This document shows, piece after piece, positions 8,866-18,162 of a stretch of 64,000 nucleotides of DNA. The notes beneath the pieces were generated by a model. That model had not been told where the DNA came from, did not search any database, and worked only from the letters and a program-made list of their open reading frames with translations. The position numbers were made by a program, and so were the translations under genes. This DNA comes from an uncultured Alphaproteobacteria bacterium (GTDB lineage: Bacteria; Pseudomonadota; Alphaproteobacteria; Rs-D84), in contig CALDAH010000016.1 in assembly GCA_937903135.1 (NCBI GenBank), positions 774 through 64,773 of the forward strand, given 5' to 3'. Positions within the stretch are counted from its first letter, which is position 1; each line of letters opens with the position of its first letter.

Positions 8866-9945
8866 TTATTTAACCTCGCCTATGTATATGCCCATGTCGT
8901 GCGCGACGTCCAGTAACGGGTCGTCGGGCGATACATATGAATTAGATGTTTTTAAATCCGGAATATTTGGATCGGCAACAACATCGCCTGCGTTATAAAA
9001 TTCCGATAATCCGATTGTTTTGCATTCACAGTTATTAACCGCCGTCATAACATATGTTTCGTTATTTTCAATTGCACGCAACGCGCAATCGGCCATACGT
9101 GTGGCCAATATCCGATCCGACGCGGTCGTATCGCCCGCACGCTGGGTGTGTTCAGGGAACGCCGTACGGTTGGTTATCCCGGCCGCGGTTAAGCGACGTG
9201 ATATTATATCCGCCGGACGGCCCGAATGACCACGCAGCGATACGCCTTCGGATACTAAAATAATTCCGTAATCGGTCGGCATATTTTTTATATGCGATAC
9301 AAGTGATTCTATGCTAAATTTTATCTCTGGGATTAATATTGCCGCCGCGCCGATTGCGACCCCTGCGTTCAGTGCCAACTGTCCACAGTCGCGCCCCATT
9401 GTTTGAACCACAAACCAGCGATGATGACTGCGCGCGGTTAGCATTAGCTGATCGCAGAAACTGGTTAATTGTTGCACCGCCGTATTAAAACCAATTGTGC
9501 GATCCGTCATTGGAATATCTAAATCTATGGTTTTCGGAATGCATATCAACTGCAGGTGGGCGTATATATCGTGGTGCGCCCATGCCAATGATATACTCCC
9601 GTTGCCGCCGACCAGAATTAATGCATCCAGTTTCAGGCTTTTTAGTGATTCTTTTAGGCGTTTATTAAATTTATCCAGTTTCCCGTCCGCGGCGGCGGTT
9701 TCAAAATTCATTGCGCCGGCGTGACCGTTATGCAGAAAACTTCCCGATAGCCGTGCATTTTCAATTGGCAGCGTATCATCGCTAAACTCAATAAAACTTG
9801 GCGGCGTGGTAAACAGTCCATCTGTGCCGTCCTGAATCCCCAAAACGCGCCACCCGCGCAGGTGTGCGCCGCGAACAATACGATTAATTACAGTATTTAG
9901 GCCGCTGCAGTCGCCGCCCGTTGTCATAATCCCAATTGTTTTCAT
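8866..9945 (-). CDS. pfk: 6-phosphofructokinase (PfkA family; ATP versus PPi specificity unclear)
   Basis: MKTIGIMTTGGDCSGLN, LILVGGNGS, IPKTIDLDIPMTD and MGRDCG motifs. ORF listed to 9963, but AAAGGA SD favours ATG 9945. Confidence 0.85.
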   Translation of the reverse strand: MKTIGIMTTGGDCSGLNTVINRIVRGAHLRGWRVLGIQDGTDGLFTTPPSFIEFSDDTLPIENARLSGSFLHNGHAGAMNFETAAADGKLDKFNKRLKESLKSLKLDALILVGGNGSISLAWAHHDIYAHLQLICIPKTIDLDIPMTDRTIGFNTAVQQLTSFCDQLMLTARSHHRWFVVQTMGRDCGQLALNAGVAIGAAAILIPEIKFSIESLVSHIKNMPTDYGIILVSEGVSLRGHSGRPADIISRRLTAAGITNRTAFPEHTQRAGDTTASDRILATRMADCALRAIENNETYVMTAVNNCECKTIGLSEFYNAGDVVADPNIPDLKTSNSYVSPDDPLLDVAHDMGIYIGEVK

Positions 9946-10057
9946 GTCTGTCCTTTCTTTCATAAACTAAACTATATCATAAATAAATTGACAAAGAAAT
10001 ATAATTTGCCATAATTTGTCTAGCGTATTTATATATTAATTACGGAGATTATAAGAC

Positions 10058-11221
10058 ATGGCCACAATCAGCAATAAACCAAATACTAATATGGGAAAAA
10101 CAAAACGTTCAACGGACGATTTAATTAACAATGCGATCGCGCAGCAGAATTCTTGGATGGAAAACCGTCGGACGTTTTCACGCAGTTTCTTAAAAAGTCT
10201 GAATTTATTTGCCCGCCCTAATCCGAACAAAGAAAATCAGTCGGTAAACGCGGCGGATATTGAACGTGCGCGATCACGCCGCAGTGGAATCCGTGCGTAT
10301 TGGTTTCCAATTCTGTGTGCGATGTGTGTTATATTTATCGCGATCTGGGTAATGTTTATTCGCGGCGATCGTGCCACCCTGGTTGTGGTTGTTCCGCCGG
10401 TGGCCGAACCGGTTGTACGCACAGTTACAGCCGACACATCCGTTCCGACGTTTGATATCGTTCGCATCGCACCGGATGGTAATATCGTAATTGCCGGACG
10501 TTGGCGCGGCAACAATAACGTTTCAGTCGTTATTAATGGGCGTATTGTCGCAACCGAACGGACGGATGCGCGCGGGGAATTTACATATGCCCCTGTGCAT
10601 GCGCTGCCGGCCGGGAACTATACCGTTTCATTAATCGGGGCGGATGGAAATGTTAAATCGGCAGATAAAGTATTTATATATATTTCAGAACACGGGCCGG
10701 AAAATTCAATATCATTACTTATGACAAACGGCGGCAGCACTCTGCTGCAGGCGCCGGGGATGCTGCGCGATGGTGATCTGGTCGTGTCAAAGATTGACTA
10801 TCTGGATACCGGGCGGATTGTTATAACCGGTGATGCGTTACCGCGCCTGCGCGTGTCGCTGTCACTGAACGGTAAATACCTGGGCTTTGCGCGCGTATCG
10901 GATCATAAGCATTTCGGCATCGGGGCGGATGTTGAAAAGCTGGAATCTGGCAAAGAATATGAATTGGTTGTTCGGCTGCATGATGGTGATGGCCGTACGG
11001 TTGCAAATGTTACGCATAATTTTATTATGCCCGAAATGACCGGTGACGATGATACGTTTTATACCGTTCGTCGTGGCGACTGTTTATGGATTATTGCACG
11101 CAACTTTCTGCGCCGTGGTATTTTGTTTAGCATTATTGCCGAACGTAATAACATCGCACGCCCGAATTTAATTTTCCCTGATCAAATATTACAGATTCCA
11201 ACGGGCGCTGATAATAAATAA
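10058..11221 (+). CDS. Membrane-anchored LysM domain protein
   Basis: One TM segment (YWFPILCAMCVIFIAIWVMFI). C-terminal LysM: YTVRRGDCLWIIARNFL...IIAERNNIARPNLIFPDQILQIP. Confidence 0.8.
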   Translation: MATISNKPNTNMGKTKRSTDDLINNAIAQQNSWMENRRTFSRSFLKSLNLFARPNPNKENQSVNAADIERARSRRSGIRAYWFPILCAMCVIFIAIWVMFIRGDRATLVVVVPPVAEPVVRTVTADTSVPTFDIVRIAPDGNIVIAGRWRGNNNVSVVINGRIVATERTDARGEFTYAPVHALPAGNYTVSLIGADGNVKSADKVFIYISEHGPENSISLLMTNGGSTLLQAPGMLRDGDLVVSKIDYLDTGRIVITGDALPRLRVSLSLNGKYLGFARVSDHKHFGIGADVEKLESGKEYELVVRLHDGDGRTVANVTHNFIMPEMTGDDDTFYTVRRGDCLWIIARNFLRRGILFSIIAERNNIARPNLIFPDQILQIPTGADNK

Positions 11222-11269
11222 AAATATCAACGCGACGCGTTGAATTATTCGCACAGCATGAAAAATAAA

Positions 11270-11294
11270 ATCCGCCAATAACGGCGGATTTTTG
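11270..11294 (+). terminator. Intrinsic terminator after the LysM gene
   Basis: ATCCGCC-AATAAC-GGCGGAT followed by TTTTT. Confidence 0.7.
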
Positions 11295-11306
11295 CTAATT
11301 CTGATA

Positions 11307-11380
11307 TGGTGCGGGCGAAGAGAATCGAACTCTCGTCTTCAGCTTGGGAAGCTGACGTGCTACCATTATACCACGCCCGC
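11307..11380 (-). tRNA. tRNA-Gly (anticodon CCC)
   Basis: Reverse complement GCGGGCGTGGTATAATGGTAGCACGTCAGCTTCCCAAGCTGAAGACGAGAGTTCGATTCTCTTCGCCCGCACCA. Anticodon stem-loop TCAGC-TTCCCAA-GCTGA, T-loop GTTCGATTC, encoded CCA. Confidence 0.95.
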
Positions 11381-11514
11381 GAATCTTTTGATGATGGATT
11401 CTATAATTATTTTAAACAAATGTCCAGCATAAAACGCGGCATATTTTTTCTGATTGATTTTATTTTTTTTCAGGCCTACATTATCTACAGCCAAAAAAAT
11501 AAGGGAGACAAAAT

Positions 11515-12768
11515 ATGGCAAATGAAAATTTAAATCCGTTGATCGCTGCGCAGAGTCGTGTAAAGGTTGCGTGTGATAAACTGGGGCTATCGGCGGATGT
11601 TTATGAAATACTTAAAAATCCAATGCGTACGTTCGAGGTATCTATACCCGTTAAAATGGACGACGGAACAATACGCGTATTTACGGCTTTTCGTGCCCAG
11701 CATAATACTGCAATCGGCCCGTCAAAGGGGGGCGTACGTTTTCACCCAATGGTAACCCGTGACGAAGTCGCCGCGTTATCTATATGGATGACATTCAAAT
11801 GTGCCGTCACAGGCATTCCATATGGCGGCGGCAAAGGTGGTATTATCGTTGATCCAAAAGAATTATCGGCGGGCGAATTAGAACGCTTATGCCGCGGATA
11901 CGTGGATGCAATTTACCCGATTCTGGGCGAAAAGAAAGACGTCCCTGCCCCGGATGTTAATACAAACGGTCAGATTATGGCGTGGATGATTGATGAATAT
12001 ATCAAACTATCCGGCGAAGCATCATTTGGGACATTTACCGGTAAACCTGTTGAACTGGCCGGATCAAAGGGCCGAACCAAGGCAACCGGTCTGGGGATTT
12101 CCATTATTATCGCAAAAGCATTGCAGGCAATGGGCAAAGATATGAACGGCGCACGTATCGCAATCCAAGGGTTCGGTAACGTTGGTTCATTTACTGCCAA
12201 ATGCAGTCATGACATGGGTGCAAAGATTGTTGCAATCGCTGAATGGAATACAATTTTATTCAACGACGCCGGATTGGATATTGACGCATTATTAAAATTC
12301 AAATCCGAAAACAAGGGCAGCATCAAAGGATTCCCGGGCGCATCCGAGATTAGCGCGGAAGAGTTCTGGGGGCTTGACGTTGATGTATTATCGCCATGTG
12401 CAATGGAAAATACAATTAACGCCGATACAGCGCCGTTGATAAAAACCAACTTGGTGGTAGAAGGTGCAAATGGCCCGACGACACTGGACGGTGAAAAAAT
12501 ATTAACCGAACGTGGTGTTACAATCGTTCCGGATATTTTAGCAAATGCCGGCGGCGTTACAGTTTCGTATTTTGAATGGGTTCAAAATCGCTACGGATAT
12601 TATTGGGAAGAAGACGAAGTTGAACAGAAAGAAGAAATTGCAATGAAGAACGCCTTTGATGCAATTTATAAAATCAAAACGGAATATAACGTCACCATGC
12701 GCGAGGCTGCATATATGCATTCTATTAAACGCGTAACCGATGCGATGAAATTGCGCGGATGGTGTTAA
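11515..12768 (+). CDS. gdh: Glutamate dehydrogenase (Glu/Leu/Phe/Val dehydrogenase family, about 417 aa)
   Basis: GPSKGGVRFHP, IPYGGGKGGI, GFGNVGS Rossmann motif, ANAGGVTVSYFEWVQN. Confidence 0.92.
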   Translation: MANENLNPLIAAQSRVKVACDKLGLSADVYEILKNPMRTFEVSIPVKMDDGTIRVFTAFRAQHNTAIGPSKGGVRFHPMVTRDEVAALSIWMTFKCAVTGIPYGGGKGGIIVDPKELSAGELERLCRGYVDAIYPILGEKKDVPAPDVNTNGQIMAWMIDEYIKLSGEASFGTFTGKPVELAGSKGRTKATGLGISIIIAKALQAMGKDMNGARIAIQGFGNVGSFTAKCSHDMGAKIVAIAEWNTILFNDAGLDIDALLKFKSENKGSIKGFPGASEISAEEFWGLDVDVLSPCAMENTINADTAPLIKTNLVVEGANGPTTLDGEKILTERGVTIVPDILANAGGVTVSYFEWVQNRYGYYWEEDEVEQKEEIAMKNAFDAIYKIKTEYNVTMREAAYMHSIKRVTDAMKLRGWC

Positions 12769-12771
12769 TGT

Positions 12772-12798
12772 AATCCCCCGATCGGGGGATTTTTTTTA
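12772..12798 (+). terminator. Intrinsic terminator of gdh
   Basis: ATCCCCC-GATC-GGGGGAT followed by TTTTTTT. The same 18-nt palindrome recurs at 36268-36285. Confidence 0.8.
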
Positions 12799-12806
12799 AT
12801 ATTTAT

Positions 12807-12835
12807 TTGACATTTGACAAATATTCATACATAAT
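12807..12835 (+). promoter_or_regulatory. Sigma70-like promoter TTGACA-17 nt-CATAAT upstream of the rpsP operon
   Basis: TTGACA 12807-12812, 17-nt spacer, CATAAT 12830-12835. Confidence 0.5.
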
Positions 12836-12963
12836 ATGTCTGCAAATTCCATGAATTGCCATTTAAATATCCCCAGTATGCGGCATGCATATGGTACATC
12901 ATCCGACGAGTTTCGTCCTTGGTGTCGGGTTCTGTTATGGCATTTTATAAAAGAGGTATTTAT

Positions 12964-13125
12964 ATGATGTATAAAAACATAGAAGAGTTTGTTAACGACA
13001 TCCATTCCTATCCGCATGTCGCGGATAAAAAGGATTTTACGCCAGAACAATTAAAAAAGTGGCGGGATGCTGCAAATAAATTCTTTGGTATATATGTAAT
13101 ATCTACGCAGTCCAAAACAAAATAA
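12964..13125 (+). CDS. Possible small protein (53 aa) upstream of rpsP
   Basis: AGAGG SD 8 nt before ATG 12964, inside the listed 12856..13125 ORF. MMYKNIEEFVNDIHSYPHVADKKDFTPEQLKKWRDAANKFF... has no recognisable family. Confidence 0.3.
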   Translation: MMYKNIEEFVNDIHSYPHVADKKDFTPEQLKKWRDAANKFFGIYVISTQSKTK

Positions 13126-13140
13126 ACAAGGAGCAAAATT

Positions 13141-13578
13141 ATGGCAACAGTTATCAGACTTGCACGCTATGGCGCAAAAAAACGCCCGTATTATCACATC
13201 GTTGTAACGGATTCACGTAACGCACGTAATTCCGGTAATGTATTAGAGGTTGTTGGTAAATACGACCCGATGCTGGCACGTGATAATGAAAAACGCGTTG
13301 TTTTAAACATTGATCAGGTAAAAGCATGGATCGCAAAGGGTGCAAAACCATCTGACCGTGTTTATAAATTTTTAGCCAAGGCCGGATTAGTCGCTGCTAA
13401 ACCCGCACCGGTTCAGACAAAGAAACACCTGCAGTCTGAAAAAACACAGATGAAAATCAAAGACAAAGCCGATAAATTGGCAAAAATAGCAGAAGAAAAA
13501 GCCGCCGCAGAAGCAGCCGCCAAGGCCGCAGCCGAAGCGCCGGCAGAAACAACCGCAGATGAAACGGTTGCCGAATAA
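13141..13578 (+). CDS. rpsP: 30S ribosomal protein S16 with Ala/Lys/Glu-rich C-terminal extension
   Basis: MATVIRLARYGAKKRPYYHIVVTDSRNARNSG...YDP. The extension is as seen in alphaproteobacterial S16. Confidence 0.95.
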   Translation: MATVIRLARYGAKKRPYYHIVVTDSRNARNSGNVLEVVGKYDPMLARDNEKRVVLNIDQVKAWIAKGAKPSDRVYKFLAKAGLVAAKPAPVQTKKHLQSEKTQMKIKDKADKLAKIAEEKAAAEAAAKAAAEAPAETTADETVAE

Positions 13579-13625
13579 TTTTGCACAATACTGCCCGGGG
13601 CAACACCCGGGCAATTTTCAGTGAT

Positions 13626-14093
13626 ATGCTAAACAATACTAAAATTTTGGTCGGTAAGATTGTCGCCCCCCAAGGGATTCGCGGCGACGTTCGCGTTCAG
13701 ACATATACAGCCAGCCCGATGGATTTAAAAACATTAACCGTGGAATGCGATGCGTTCGCAACCGGGGATTTTAAATTTATTCGCAGGCTTAATCCTAAAT
13801 CAGATGTTATTGTCGCACACATACGCGGTTTTGATGACCGAAATGCAGCTGAAAAATTGCGCGGCGTTCAGATCTTTGTTGATCGCAGCAGTTTGCCCGA
13901 TGTTGATGATGGTGAATACTATCAGGCGGATTTAATCGGATTTACCATTATCCGGGGTGATAAAAATATCGGAACGCTGGCGGGATTTCAAAATTTCGGT
14001 GCCGGGGATATAATTGAAACCGATGGCGGTGATATGATATCTTTTGCCGGCGCAGATGTGGATATGGAAAATAAAGTTATACGGGTGAAATAA
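13626..14093 (+). CDS. rimM: Ribosome maturation factor RimM
   Basis: ILVGKIVAPQGIRGDVRVQ start motif plus a PRC-barrel C-terminus. I prefer ATG 13626 over the listed TTG 13581 because a GCCCGGG/CCCGGGC hairpin occupies 13593-13612. Confidence 0.85.
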   Translation: MLNNTKILVGKIVAPQGIRGDVRVQTYTASPMDLKTLTVECDAFATGDFKFIRRLNPKSDVIVAHIRGFDDRNAAEKLRGVQIFVDRSSLPDVDDGEYYQADLIGFTIIRGDKNIGTLAGFQNFGAGDIIETDGGDMISFAGADVDMENKVIRVK

Positions 14094-14429
14094 ATGTCGT
14101 ATTCAATAACACCAAAACCATTTGTTTACGAAACCGACCGTGAATTGGTTTATGTCCCAAATATGCCCCATATCGTTAGCAAGAAAAACTGCCGCCATGT
14201 CGTAGGGTCATGCGTTTATTTATGTGAACAGTTTTTAACCTATGATGTAGATGAAAACGGGTATCGTATAATTCCCAATAATGCGCAATGTCCGTATGTA
14301 AAACTTCACGGATCAAATATGCCATGCATGGGGCGATATATTGTTTATAACGATAAAATCATGCCATTGCCTAATAATATCAGTCCGCAATATACGCCAT
14401 ATAATAACCCATTTTTTAAACAGCGCTAA
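14094..14429 (+). CDS. Hypothetical Cys-containing protein (111 aa) inserted between rimM and trmD
   Basis: The ATG abuts the rimM stop (TAAATG) and the ORF ends 3 nt before the trmD ATG. Cys-containing. No family recognised. Confidence 0.6.
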   Translation: MSYSITPKPFVYETDRELVYVPNMPHIVSKKNCRHVVGSCVYLCEQFLTYDVDENGYRIIPNNAQCPYVKLHGSNMPCMGRYIVYNDKIMPLPNNISPQYTPYNNPFFKQR

Positions 14430-14432
14430 ACA

Positions 14433-15113
14433 ATGCATTTTAATATATTAACGATTTTCCCTGATATGTTTCCCGGCACATTGTCCGGCGGTGTTGTTGG
14501 CCGCGCCCTGGACAAGGGTATATGGTCATACGATGCGATTAATATACGTGATTTCGCATTAAACAGCTATGGCAGTGTTGACGACGAACAGTTCGGGGGC
14601 GGCGCGGGGATGGTTATGCGACCGGACGTATTGGGATGCGCGATTGATTCGGTTAAAAATCGCGGAAAGGTTATATATTTTTCCCCACGCGGGCCGCGGC
14701 TTAATCAGCAAATGGTTCGCGAATTTGCAGCAACGCCGGACGCGACGTATACCCTGCTCTGTGGGCGTTACGAGGGAATAGATCAAAGAATAATTGATGA
14801 ATATGATATAATAGAATTATCCATCGGTGATTATATACTGTCCGGGGGCGAAATCGCCGCACAAGTTTTTATTGACAGCTGCGTTCGTCTGATGGATAAT
14901 GTTTTAGGTGGCGGAAACGACACCACAAAAAACGAAAGTTTTGAAATCGGGGGGCTGGAATGGCCGTTATACACCCGCCCGTCGGCATGGCGTGGACGAA
15001 ATGTCCCAGAAGTCCTGCTGTCCGGTCACCACGGCAATATTGAACGGTGGCGGAAACAACAATCGGACGAAATAACAAAACAACGTCGTCCGGATTTAAT
15101 AAAGGAAAAGTAA
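14433..15113 (+). CDS. trmD: tRNA (guanine37-N1)-methyltransferase
   Basis: [35 protein letters not shown] motifs. Confidence 0.95.
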   Translation: MHFNILTIFPDMFPGTLSGGVVGRALDKGIWSYDAINIRDFALNSYGSVDDEQFGGGAGMVMRPDVLGCAIDSVKNRGKVIYFSPRGPRLNQQMVREFAATPDATYTLLCGRYEGIDQRIIDEYDIIELSIGDYILSGGEIAAQVFIDSCVRLMDNVLGGGNDTTKNESFEIGGLEWPLYTRPSAWRGRNVPEVLLSGHHGNIERWRKQQSDEITKQRRPDLIKEK

Positions 15114-15114
15114 A

Positions 15115-15507
15115 ATGAGCATTATTAAAAAAATAGAAGAACAGCAGGTTGCTAAACTGGCAGCTGATAAAAATATCCCTGCCTTTAAAGCCGGTGATAC
15201 ACTAAAAGTACACGTTAAAATCAAAGATGGCGACAAGTACCGTATTCAGGTTTTTGAAGGTGTTGTTATCGCACGCGATGGCGGCATGGGAAATAATGCA
15301 TCCTTTACAGTACGTCGTGAATCATACGGGGTTGGCGTTGAACGCAAATTCCCGCTATACAGCCCGGCAATTGAAAAAATTGAAAAGGTTCGTATCGGTA
15401 AGGTTCGTCGTGCTAAATTATTCTTCTTGCGTGGACTGTCCGGCAAAAAGGCTCGTATCGTCGAAGACTTGGCTGCGACATCTGCGGAAAAGAACGCAAA
15501 AAAATAA
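15115..15507 (+). CDS. rplS: 50S ribosomal protein L19
   Basis: [30 protein letters not shown]...SFTVRR...[13 protein letters not shown]. Confidence 0.95.
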   Translation: MSIIKKIEEQQVAKLAADKNIPAFKAGDTLKVHVKIKDGDKYRIQVFEGVVIARDGGMGNNASFTVRRESYGVGVERKFPLYSPAIEKIEKVRIGKVRRAKLFFLRGLSGKKARIVEDLAATSAEKNAKK

Positions 15508-15524
15508 TATTTTATTATTTGGAA

Positions 15525-15556
15525 AAACGCCTGTGGTATCACGGGCGTTTTTCTTT
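15525..15556 (+). terminator. Intrinsic terminator of the rpsP-rplS operon
   Basis: ACGCCTGTG-GTAT-CACGGGCGT followed by TTTTTCTTTT. Confidence 0.7.
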
Positions 15557-15613
15557 TGCATAAGAATATTTAACAGTTTGACATTATAGTCGCCGGGGGC
15601 TATCATATTTAAC

Positions 15614-15976
15614 ATGAAAAAAATGATTATGCTTTTATTATTGGTATGCATACCCAATATCGCGAATGCATATATTAATCGGCCAAATGCCGTTGTGCGC
15701 ATTATGAACAAAGCTGCCGGGAAAACCCAGACTGTTCGCGTACCCGTTGGCAAAAACTTTGAATACGAAAAACTTAATGTAAACGTCCGTGCATGCAAAC
15801 AAACCGACCCGTTTGAGGTTGAAAACCATTTTATGTTCATAGAAATATCAAAAAATGGCGACGGTCAGATTTTCGGCGGATGGATGAATCGCAATGCCCC
15901 GGGGGATAACCCGTTACAGAACGCAGATTATGACCTGTGGCTGGTCGGGTGCGAGGCTGATTTAACAGGAAATTAG
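15614..15976 (+). CDS. DUF2155-like periplasmic protein
   Basis: Signal peptide. The motif VRACKQTDPFE...FMFIEI...IFGGWMNRNAPGDNPLQNADYDLWLVGC matches my memory of the alphaproteobacterial DUF2155 pattern (GWMF...P....H..YDVWL..C). Confidence 0.65.
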   Translation: MKKMIMLLLLVCIPNIANAYINRPNAVVRIMNKAAGKTQTVRVPVGKNFEYEKLNVNVRACKQTDPFEVENHFMFIEISKNGDGQIFGGWMNRNAPGDNPLQNADYDLWLVGCEADLTGN

Positions 15977-16010
15977 TTATGAAAAACAGTTTAAATGGGG
16001 GAGATAAAAA

Positions 16011-16316
16011 ATGAAGGCCATAAAAAAATCACTACTTTTCAGCATCGGTGTTGCGGTATTATTATTGGTTATATGTATATTCTTTTTCGCACAGCGATCA
16101 AATGATTTAGAAACCGGAAATATGAAGAACTGGCTGGCGGCATCATCTGATCGCCGGGCGGCCGCCGTAAAAATATTAACCGCATCCGATGAACACAATG
16201 ATCTGTTGATCGCGTGCGTTGATAAAATTGCATCCCTGCCCGATTCCGGCGAAATGGCAATACGTGATGCGGTATCTCTGTGCTATACAGGCATTCAACT
16301 AAAAGACAGTATTTAA
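16011..16316 (+). CDS. Hypothetical single-pass membrane protein (101 aa)
   Basis: GGGGGAGA SD. TM segment SLLFSIGVAVLLLVICIFFFA. No family recognised. Confidence 0.5.
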   Translation: MKAIKKSLLFSIGVAVLLLVICIFFFAQRSNDLETGNMKNWLAASSDRRAAAVKILTASDEHNDLLIACVDKIASLPDSGEMAIRDAVSLCYTGIQLKDSI

Positions 16317-16323
16317 TCAGATT

Positions 16324-17454
16324 ATGACCGAAGAAAAAATTATTCGTTTTAATATGGGGACATTATCAGGCGATGCGCATACCGCAGATGATCGCGCAAT
16401 ATTATGCCTGGGGATTGAATCGTCATGTGACGAAACATCTGCTGCGATCGTTGATTCTGATCGCAATATTTTATCACATATAATTTATTCACAAATCCCC
16501 GAGCATCAAAAATACGGCGGGGTTGTACCGGAACTGGCTGCGCGCGCCCATATATTGGCAATTGATGATGTAATACGCCAGACATTATCTGCGGCCGGGA
16601 AAACAATTGCAGATATTGATGTTATCGCTGCAACCGCCGGTCCGGGATTAATCGGCGGCGTATTGGTCGGATGGATGGCCGCGACCGGTATCGCCCAGGC
16701 AACGGGAAAACCGCTGGTCGCCGTTAATCATTTAGAAGGACACGCACTTGTCCCGCGTTTACATGCCGCGGCCGCCAATGGTGCGGATGGCAAAATAGCC
16801 GTTGATTTCCCGTACCTTTTAATGCTGGCGTCCGGTGGGCATTGCCAGATTTTATTAGTTCGCGGCGTTGGCCAATACGAGCTTATCGGGCAAACGTTGG
16901 ACGACAGTGCCGGCGAGGCATTTGACAAGGTCGCAAAAATGCTGGGGCTTGGTTACCCCGGCGGGCCGGTTGTTGATGCCCGCGCCCGTGATGGCAACCC
17001 GAATGCATTTAAGTTTCCGCGACCGCTGTGCGATAAACCCGGATGTGATTTTTCATTCAGTGGGATTAAAACGGCGGCGCGTACATTTTTGGATAAAACG
17101 CCCGAGGCTGCACGCGATGATAAATTTATAAATGATTTCTGCGCATCTTTTCAGGCGGCGGTGGTTGATTGTATAATAAACCGATTAACGAATGCGTTGC
17201 GGGATGGACGTGTTATGGCGGCCGCGCCAAAAACATTGGTTGTCGCCGGGGGCGTTGCAAAAAACAGTGCAATTCGTTCGGCGATGGAAAAATTATCGGC
17301 CCAGTATAATATGACATTTGCCGCGCCGCCGATGAATCTGTGCACCGATAATGGCGCAATGATCGCATGGGCCGGGATTGAAAATTATCGCGTGGGACGC
17401 ATCGTGCGTACGCCGATTGCACCACGTCCGCGGTGGCCGTTAATGGATCTTTGA
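16324..17454 (+). CDS. tsaD: tRNA N6-adenosine threonylcarbamoyltransferase
   Basis: LGIESSCDETSAAIV, NHLEGHAL, SGGHCQ, GYPGGP and CTDNGAMIAW motifs. The N-terminus is about 25 aa longer than usual, so the start is uncertain. Confidence 0.92.
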   Translation: MTEEKIIRFNMGTLSGDAHTADDRAILCLGIESSCDETSAAIVDSDRNILSHIIYSQIPEHQKYGGVVPELAARAHILAIDDVIRQTLSAAGKTIADIDVIAATAGPGLIGGVLVGWMAATGIAQATGKPLVAVNHLEGHALVPRLHAAAANGADGKIAVDFPYLLMLASGGHCQILLVRGVGQYELIGQTLDDSAGEAFDKVAKMLGLGYPGGPVVDARARDGNPNAFKFPRPLCDKPGCDFSFSGIKTAARTFLDKTPEAARDDKFINDFCASFQAAVVDCIINRLTNALRDGRVMAAAPKTLVVAGGVAKNSAIRSAMEKLSAQYNMTFAAPPMNLCTDNGAMIAWAGIENYRVGRIVRTPIAPRPRWPLMDL

Positions 17455-17465
17455 TACGAACTATA

Positions 17466-17489
17466 CCGGGCCAATGGCCCGATTTTTTA
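17466..17489 (+). terminator. Intrinsic terminator of tsaD
   Basis: CGGGCC-AAT-GGCCCG followed by ATTTTTT. Confidence 0.75.
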
Positions 17490-17531
17490 TGCCTAATCCA
17501 AAGGATCGTTTGGAATAGCACCGTCTTAGAT

Positions 17532-17560
17532 TTGACTGATGGCAGAAAATAAGGTAAAAT
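17532..17560 (+). promoter_or_regulatory. Sigma70-like promoter TTGACT-17 nt-TAAAAT
   Basis: TTGACT 17532-17537, 17-nt spacer, TAAAAT 17555-17560, 23 nt upstream of the 17584 ATG. Confidence 0.45.
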
Positions 17561-17583
17561 TAGATACAATAATGAGATAAGAT

Positions 17584-18159
17584 ATGCCTAATCTAAACGA
17601 TGAATTTAATACCGCAAAACGCATCGCCGCATATGAAAATGCGACGTCTTTGCTGGCACAGCGCGTATCTGAGATAAAAATGCCCGCCGGGTTTAGGGCC
17701 GAATATAACATGACGGACATGGTATATAGATTCCGAAATGCGCTGAAAAATCCCGATGTTCGTAAGTCTTTGTTATTAAGTAAATACGAGGCGGAACGAC
17801 TGCGCAACGCCAGATTCAGTGCCGGATTTTGCGGTATTACCAGCTATGCCTGGAATCATATATTCCGTATGCCCGATGGCCGCGAGATTTGGCAAATGAA
17901 ACAAACATCAGGGCTGGGGAAATCAATTGGCCTGCCCGATCATGTATGGCTGGAACAGATTACCAGCGGCGAAGTCTTAGATTTAACATTTGATCAGTTT
18001 ATTGATAAATCCGGAACTGTTATGGATTTCCCATACGAACTGGGGACGCCCGTATCTGCAAATATCGTATTTAATCGCGGTTATATTTTCGGTCGGCATA
18101 TCGGAATTGATATAGAAGGAATTTCCATAATAAACGCATTACGCGAACAGAGAGAATAA
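17584..18159 (+). CDS. Uncharacterised protein, tandem paralog 1 (GFC...HxWLE...GEV.D.T..QF family)
   Basis: Shares GFC, H(V/W)WLE, (S/T)GEV(L/F)D(L/I)T(F/Y)xQF and FPY(E/K)(L/M)GTPV blocks with the next ORF. Confidence 0.7.
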   Translation: MPNLNDEFNTAKRIAAYENATSLLAQRVSEIKMPAGFRAEYNMTDMVYRFRNALKNPDVRKSLLLSKYEAERLRNARFSAGFCGITSYAWNHIFRMPDGREIWQMKQTSGLGKSIGLPDHVWLEQITSGEVLDLTFDQFIDKSGTVMDFPYELGTPVSANIVFNRGYIFGRHIGIDIEGISIINALREQRE

Positions 18160-18162
18160 AAC

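Noticed and set aside
11306-11533. A 75-aa plus-strand ORF.
   Set aside because: Its 5' part is the antisense of tRNA-Gly(CCC). The rest is the AT-rich gdh upstream region.
12772-12798. An identical 18-nt palindrome ATCCCCCGATCGGGGGAT here and at 36268-36285, considered as a REP/MITE-like dispersed repeat.
   Set aside because: Both copies sit immediately after stop codons with flanking T/A runs and no shared flanks or terminal repeats. The simplest reading is convergent intrinsic terminators of a preferred form.
13581-13625. TTG start for rimM immediately after the rpsP stop, and the hairpin GCCCGGG/CCCGGGC (13593-13612) as a terminator.
   Set aside because: The extension has no similarity to RimM N-termini and would be translated through a strong hairpin. 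The hairpin has only a short interrupted T-run (AATTTT) and sits inside a conserved operon. I therefore list neither a longer rimM nor a terminator. It may be an RNA processing or attenuation hairpin.
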